Below are positions 59,487-64,000 of a stretch of DNA of 64,000 nucleotides, piece by piece. Each line of letters begins with the position of its first letter. The stretch's first letter is position 1. Made by a program: the position numbers and the translations under genes. This DNA comes from a bacterium (lineage in GTDB: Bacteria > Krumholzibacteriota > Krumholzibacteriia > LZORAL124-64-63). The notes below the pieces were generated by a model that searched no databases, was not told where the DNA came from, and was given only the letters and a program-made list of their open reading frames with translations. The DNA lies in NCBI GenBank assembly GCA_031441465.1, contig JANOEP010000061.1:40683-104682 (forward strand), given 5' to 3'.

Positions 59487-60869
59487 GTGAAGTCCCTGCC
59501 CGACTGCATCAAGGCCTACGACATCCGGGGGCGCGTCCCGGAGGACCTCGACGCAGATCTGGCACGACGGTTGGGGCGCGCCCTGGCGGCCCACATCGGC
59601 ACCGGGACGCTGGCCGTCGGCCGCGACTGCCGCACCACCAGCCAGGAACTGGCCGCTGCCGTCGGCGCCGGTCTCGCCGAAGGCGGCTGCGAGGTCCGCG
59701 ACATCGGCCTTTGCGCCACCGAGCAGGTCTATCACGCCGTGATCGCCCGGAAGCTGGACGGCGGCGTCATGGTCACCGCGAGTCATAACCCATTGGGCTG
59801 GAACGGGATGAAGATCGTGGCGGCCGACGCGGTCCCCGTCAGCGGCGACAGCGGCCTGCACGCGATCGGGCGCGCCGCCGTCGCCGGCGGCGTGCCTGAC
59901 GCCCCGCACCGGGGCACGGTTTCCACGTTGGACACCCGCGGCGAATTCCGCGACTTCCTGCTGGGGTGTGTCGACGCCAGCGCCCTGCCGGCCCTGACCG
60001 TCATCGCCGATGCGGGCCACGGGTGCGCCGGTCCCGTCCTGGACCTGCTGGAACCGCACCTGCCGGTGAAGCTGATCAAGCTGCGCCACGAGCCCGACGG
60101 CACCTTCCCCACGGGCGTGCCCAACCCCTTGCTGCCGGAAAATCGCGCCCTGACCACGGCCGCCGTCCGCGAGCACGGCGCCGACCTCGGGCTGGCCTGG
60201 GACGGCGACGCCGACCGCTGCTTCTTCTTCGACGAGACCGGCGCCTTCATCGAAGGCTACTACCTGGTCGGTCTGCTGGCCCGGGCGGCGCTGCGCCGCG
60301 AACCCGGCGGCCGGATCGTCCACGACCCGCGACTGGTCTGGAACACGATCGACGTGGTGCGGGACGCCGGCGGCGTGCCCCTGCAGAACAAGACCGGCCA
60401 CGCCTTCATGAAGGAGCGGATGCGCGCCGAGAACGCCGTCTACGGCGGCGAGATGTCGGCCCACCACTACTTCCGCGAGTTCCGCTGGTGTGACAGCGGC
60501 ATGATCCCCTGGCTGCGGGTGCTCGAAGAGATGGGTCGCACCGGACTGCCGCTTTCGGCCCTGGTCGGCCGGATGCAGCGCGCCTACCCGGCCAGCGGCG
60601 AGATCAACCGCCGCCTCGCGGCGCCGCAGCGGGCCGTGGCGGCCGTCGCCGACCGCTGGCTCGACCGTGCGGTCGGGGTGGACCGCACCGATGGTCTGTC
60701 GCTGGACCTGGGCTCCTGGCGGCTGAACCTGAGGGAGTCCAACACCGAACCGGTGCTGCGCCTGAACGTCGAGTCGCGCGGCGACGCGGTGCTGATGCAG
60801 GCGATGACCGACGAGGTCCTGGCCGTGATCGACGGTGCGGGTTCCGGCAGCGGCGGGGGCGCGTCGTGA
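59487..60869 (+). CDS. manB: Phosphomannomutase/phosphoglucomutase (CpsG/ManB type)
   Basis: KAYDIRG, TASHNP, DGDADR, GGEMSAHHYF and LRESNTEPVLRLNVE. GTG after GGAGG. Confidence 0.92.
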   Translation: MKSLPDCIKAYDIRGRVPEDLDADLARRLGRALAAHIGTGTLAVGRDCRTTSQELAAAVGAGLAEGGCEVRDIGLCATEQVYHAVIARKLDGGVMVTASHNPLGWNGMKIVAADAVPVSGDSGLHAIGRAAVAGGVPDAPHRGTVSTLDTRGEFRDFLLGCVDASALPALTVIADAGHGCAGPVLDLLEPHLPVKLIKLRHEPDGTFPTGVPNPLLPENRALTTAAVREHGADLGLAWDGDADRCFFFDETGAFIEGYYLVGLLARAALRREPGGRIVHDPRLVWNTIDVVRDAGGVPLQNKTGHAFMKERMRAENAVYGGEMSAHHYFREFRWCDSGMIPWLRVLEEMGRTGLPLSALVGRMQRAYPASGEINRRLAAPQRAVAAVADRWLDRAVGVDRTDGLSLDLGSWRLNLRESNTEPVLRLNVESRGDAVLMQAMTDEVLAVIDGAGSGSGGGAS

Positions 60870-61690
60870 CGGCGGCGCGCGCGTTCGCGGGCGCCTGGCT
60901 CGTGATGGCCGTTGCGGCGGCGGTCCCGGCCGCGCGCGCAGCCGGCTGGCGCGAGCTGGCTCCCGGGCTGGAACTCGGCTCCTTCGCGCTGCCGGGCGGC
61001 AAGGCGTCCGACGGGGAACCCCTGCACGTGGTCCGCCTCGACCCCGCGCGTTGGGAGCTGGTGTTGCTGAACGCCTCGGCGCCGGGCGAGGGCGAATCGC
61101 ACTCGGCCCGCGACTGGTGCCGCCTGAAGGGCATGGCCGCGGCCGTCAACGCGAGCATGTACCAGGCGGACCACCTGCGCAGCGTCTCGCTCATGCGCAC
61201 CCGCACTCACGTGAACAACGCCTACGTTTCTCCCGACAACACCGTGCTGGCCTTCGACCGGCGCGACGCGGGCGTGCCGTACGTGCGCATCATCGACCGC
61301 ACGTGCGAGGACTTCGCCGCCGCGGCGGCCCGTTACGGCACCCTGGTCCAGAGCATCCGCATGGTCTCTTGCGATCGGCAGAACACCTGGGAGCCGCAGG
61401 CTCGCCGCACCAGCGCGGCGGCCATCGGGGTGGACCGGTCCGGCCGCCTGCTGATGATCCATTGCCGCAAGCCGCTGCCGACCCACGACCTCGTCGAACA
61501 CCTGCTCGCCCTGCCGCTCGATCTGGCGCAGGCGATGTATGGCGAGGGGGGGTACCAGGCCCAGCTCTACGTGGGCGCGGGTGGGCAGGAGTATCAATTC
61601 GGGGGCGGCTTCGACGACGGCCGCGACCCCGGCGATCCCGACCGGCAGGCCTGGCCGCTGCCGAACGTGGTGGCCGCGCGGCCGCGCTGA
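60866..61690 (+). CDS. Secreted phosphodiester glycosidase-family (NAGPA/DUF2233-like) protein
   Basis: Signal peptide, VVRLDP, AVNASMY, AAIGVDRSGRLL, AMYGEGG and LPNVV. Confidence 0.65.
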   Translation: MTAARAFAGAWLVMAVAAAVPAARAAGWRELAPGLELGSFALPGGKASDGEPLHVVRLDPARWELVLLNASAPGEGESHSARDWCRLKGMAAAVNASMYQADHLRSVSLMRTRTHVNNAYVSPDNTVLAFDRRDAGVPYVRIIDRTCEDFAAAAARYGTLVQSIRMVSCDRQNTWEPQARRTSAAAIGVDRSGRLLMIHCRKPLPTHDLVEHLLALPLDLAQAMYGEGGYQAQLYVGAGGQEYQFGGGFDDGRDPGDPDRQAWPLPNVVAARPR

Positions 61691-61711
61691 TGTCGACGTC
61701 GGCGTCAGCGG

Positions 61712-62863
61712 TCAGAAGACGCCGCTCCACACCCCGTCGCGCATGATCTCGCGCCCGCCCTCCGGACCCTCGAGCGTCACCGACACGACGACCACCGCGG
61801 GTTGCACCTGGGGGATGTAGACCCGGTCGAGGTGCACCACCGCGTCGGGGCCGCTGAAGTCCGCGGGGCCGACGGCCCCGCCGAAGTGGTCGCTGCGGCC
61901 GAACGCCACGTGCAGGCCCAGCTTCTCGTCCAGCAGGATGCTGCCGACCGGCTCCAGTCCGAAGTCCCCGAGCACGCCCAACCCCAGCTCCGCCAGGTTG
62001 GCGTAGGCGGGTTCCGCGACGATGAGCGCGGCCTCCGTCCGGCTGTGCGGCCCCGCGCTCAGGACCGCGACCGCCTTGTTGCCCTCGATCCGATAGACCA
62101 CGACCTCGTCGCCGAACTGCACCGGCAACTCGCCGCGGCTGCCGCTGGGGTCGCCCGGGCGTTCGCCTTCGTAGGGCACGATGTAGGTCTCGCCGCTCGG
62201 CAGGTTGCCGGCGACGCCGTTGTGCGGGAACAGCCCGCCCGAGGCGTGGGCTTGGCGATGGCGCAGGTCCAGGCGCAGGGTGCGGGTGCGGCCGCCGGCC
62301 CGTGTGACGATGGTCGCCGCCGTCGCCGGGTCCAGCAGCGCCTTGAGCCGGTCGACGCGCCGGTTGACCTCAACGTAGTCGATCTGCAGGGCCGGGATCA
62401 TCGCGGGCAGGAAGCCCGGCATGGTGGCCGCGCGCAGGGGGTACGACCGCGCCGCGATCTTCAGGGGCGCCGTCGCCGACAGCTCCGTCGGCGCCAGCAG
62501 GATGCTGTAGCCCGCGAACAGTTCGGCGAAGGCGGTCCCGCCCTCGGCGGGCAACTCGTCGGCGTGCCCGTAGGTGCGGCTGCCGTCGTGGAGGTGGCAG
62601 AGGGCCGGCAGGTCCGCGTTGTTGCCGCCCGCGTTGCGGTACCAGGCCAGGGTCGTGCGCGGCACGCCCGTCGCGCCGCCGGCGTCGCCGAGGCGGCGGA
62701 CCCAGTCGGCAGCCATGGCGCGGCGCGCCGCCCACTCCGGGTTGTCGGCGAGCCGGGCGTCGGGTAGGTCGACCAGCACGGCCAGGCCGTGATCGGCGGC
62801 GGTCGGGACGAAAACCCTCCGCACGAGGCGGACGAGGTCGTCGGTGCTCAGGGTGGCGTTCAC
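61712..62863 (-). CDS. M29-like (thermophilic metalloprotease / leucyl aminopeptidase-like) protein
   Basis: GNLPSGETY, LAELGLG, LLDEK..HVAFG and HLD motifs. Confidence 0.6.
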   Translation of the reverse strand: MNATLSTDDLVRLVRRVFVPTAADHGLAVLVDLPDARLADNPEWAARRAMAADWVRRLGDAGGATGVPRTTLAWYRNAGGNNADLPALCHLHDGSRTYGHADELPAEGGTAFAELFAGYSILLAPTELSATAPLKIAARSYPLRAATMPGFLPAMIPALQIDYVEVNRRVDRLKALLDPATAATIVTRAGGRTRTLRLDLRHRQAHASGGLFPHNGVAGNLPSGETYIVPYEGERPGDPSGSRGELPVQFGDEVVVYRIEGNKAVAVLSAGPHSRTEAALIVAEPAYANLAELGLGVLGDFGLEPVGSILLDEKLGLHVAFGRSDHFGGAVGPADFSGPDAVVHLDRVYIPQVQPAVVVVSVTLEGPEGGREIMRDGVWSGVF

Positions 62864-63054
62864 GCGGGGTCCTTTCGGCAGGGGAGCGGGGCCGAGGTCA
62901 TGATAGCAGGAGGGGCGTCCCGGCCCAAGGGCGCCGTCGCCCCGGCCCGCCGGCGGTAGATTCCGGTGGCGGCCCGCCGCGTCCCGGCACTATGTTCGGG
63001 GCGTCCGTCGGGGCGCAGGGCGCTCCGCACCCCCTCTGCGCCTCGAGGAGCACC

Positions 63055-64000
63055 ATGGCAAGCGAACGCGACATGAATCTGGCCCTGTTCCTGGACTTCG
63101 ACAACGTGGCCATCGGCGCCCGCGACGCGCGGCAGCGCTTCGACATCCACGTCGTGCTCGAGCGCCTGCTCGAGAAGGGCAAGATCGTCGTCAAGAAGGC
63201 CTACGCCGACTGGAGCTACTACCAGGACTACATGTCCGACCTGCACGGCGCCGCCATCGAGTTGATCGAGGTGCCCAGCTCCCGCATCAGCGGCAAGAAC
63301 AGCGCCGACATCCGCATGGTCGTCGACGCCATGGACCTCTGCTACAGCAAGGACCACATCGACGCCTTCGTCGTGATCTCCGGGGACAGCGACTTTTCGC
63401 CCCTGGTCTCGAAACTGCGCGAGAACGCCAAGAGCGTGATCGGCGTCGGCATGAAGGGGTCCAGTTCCGAGCTGCTGATCCGCAACTGCGACGAGTTCAT
63501 CTTCTACGACGACCTCGTCCGCGAGCCCGTGGCCGTCGAGGCGGTCAACATGGACGCCGTGCCGTCGGACAAGAAAAAGCTCTTCAACCTGCTGATCGCC
63601 ACGATCGAGGGCCTGGTGCGCGAGCACAAGGGCCCGCTCTACTCGTCCCTCGTCAAGGACACGATGAAGCGCAAGAAGCCGGACTTCAACGAGCGCACCT
63701 GGCGCTACTCGTCGTTCAGCGACCTGCTGGAAGAGGCCATGTCCCTGGGCCTGCTCACCGTCGAGCGCGACGAACGGGCCGGCGGCACCCTGGTCGTCAC
63801 GGCGCTGGGCGGCACGTCCGCCGTGCCGTCGGCGGCCAACGGCGTGCGCAAGCCGGCCCGCCGGCGGGGCCGCCGTCGGGGCGGGCGCGGGGAGGAGGGC
63901 CGCAACGGCAACGCCGCCGCCGCCCGCCCGGATTCGCCCGAGCAGGCCGCGTCCGCCGGTCCACCGACCGCGGCCGCCGCGCCGCACACGACCGAGCCCG
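63055..64000 (+). CDS. NYN (LabA/DUF88) domain protein with an OST-HTH domain, partial (runs off window)
   Basis: Not in the ORF track. ATG 63055 follows GAGGAG; ALFLDFDN, AYADW, GKNSADIRMVVDAMDL, SGDSDFSPLVSKLRE, CDEFIFYDDL, then KDTMKRKKPDFNE...SFSDLLEEA. Confidence 0.9.
   Translation, partial: MASERDMNLALFLDFDNVAIGARDARQRFDIHVVLERLLEKGKIVVKKAYADWSYYQDYMSDLHGAAIELIEVPSSRISGKNSADIRMVVDAMDLCYSKDHIDAFVVISGDSDFSPLVSKLRENAKSVIGVGMKGSSSELLIRNCDEFIFYDDLVREPVAVEAVNMDAVPSDKKKLFNLLIATIEGLVREHKGPLYSSLVKDTMKRKKPDFNERTWRYSSFSDLLEEAMSLGLLTVERDERAGGTLVVTALGGTSAVPSAANGVRKPARRRGRRRGGRGEEGRNGNAAAARPDSPEQAASAGPPTAAAAPHTTEP

Overview
High-GC bacterial chromosomal window. A LamG protein with a C-terminal FlgD-Ig-like tail (PNPFNP...WDGRD...GVYLVRL) suggests an FCB-group candidate lineage such as Krumholzibacteria, Latescibacteria or Eisenbacteria; this is inference. 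The window is dominated by energy, redox and metal genes. In order: heme O/A synthesis genes; a CzcCBA-type efflux system preceded by a Cys-rich leader ORF; ferritin; a 2-oxoacid (pyruvate-type) dehydrogenase complex with lipoate ligase; and a Rex-led operon encoding a trimeric [FeFe]-hydrogenase, a sensory [FeFe]-hydrogenase fused to a histidine kinase, a phosphorelay and HydG. Next comes an accessory defence patch, partly lower in GC: a Type I-like R-M system with an M-S fusion and KilA-N, and a DUF4258/MqsA-like toxin-antitoxin pair. This is followed by a complete alternative complex III plus A2-type caa3 oxidase operon, a sigma28-type MCP plus two hemerythrins, CopA and housekeeping genes. 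No rRNA, tRNA, CRISPR array, integrase or transposase was recognised. The strongest candidates for undescribed biology are the H2-sensing phosphorelay, the sensorless MCP with tandem hemerythrins, the metal-sensing leader peptide and a 174-bp palindromic element upstream of rex. All calls come from motif reading by eye; no database searches were run.
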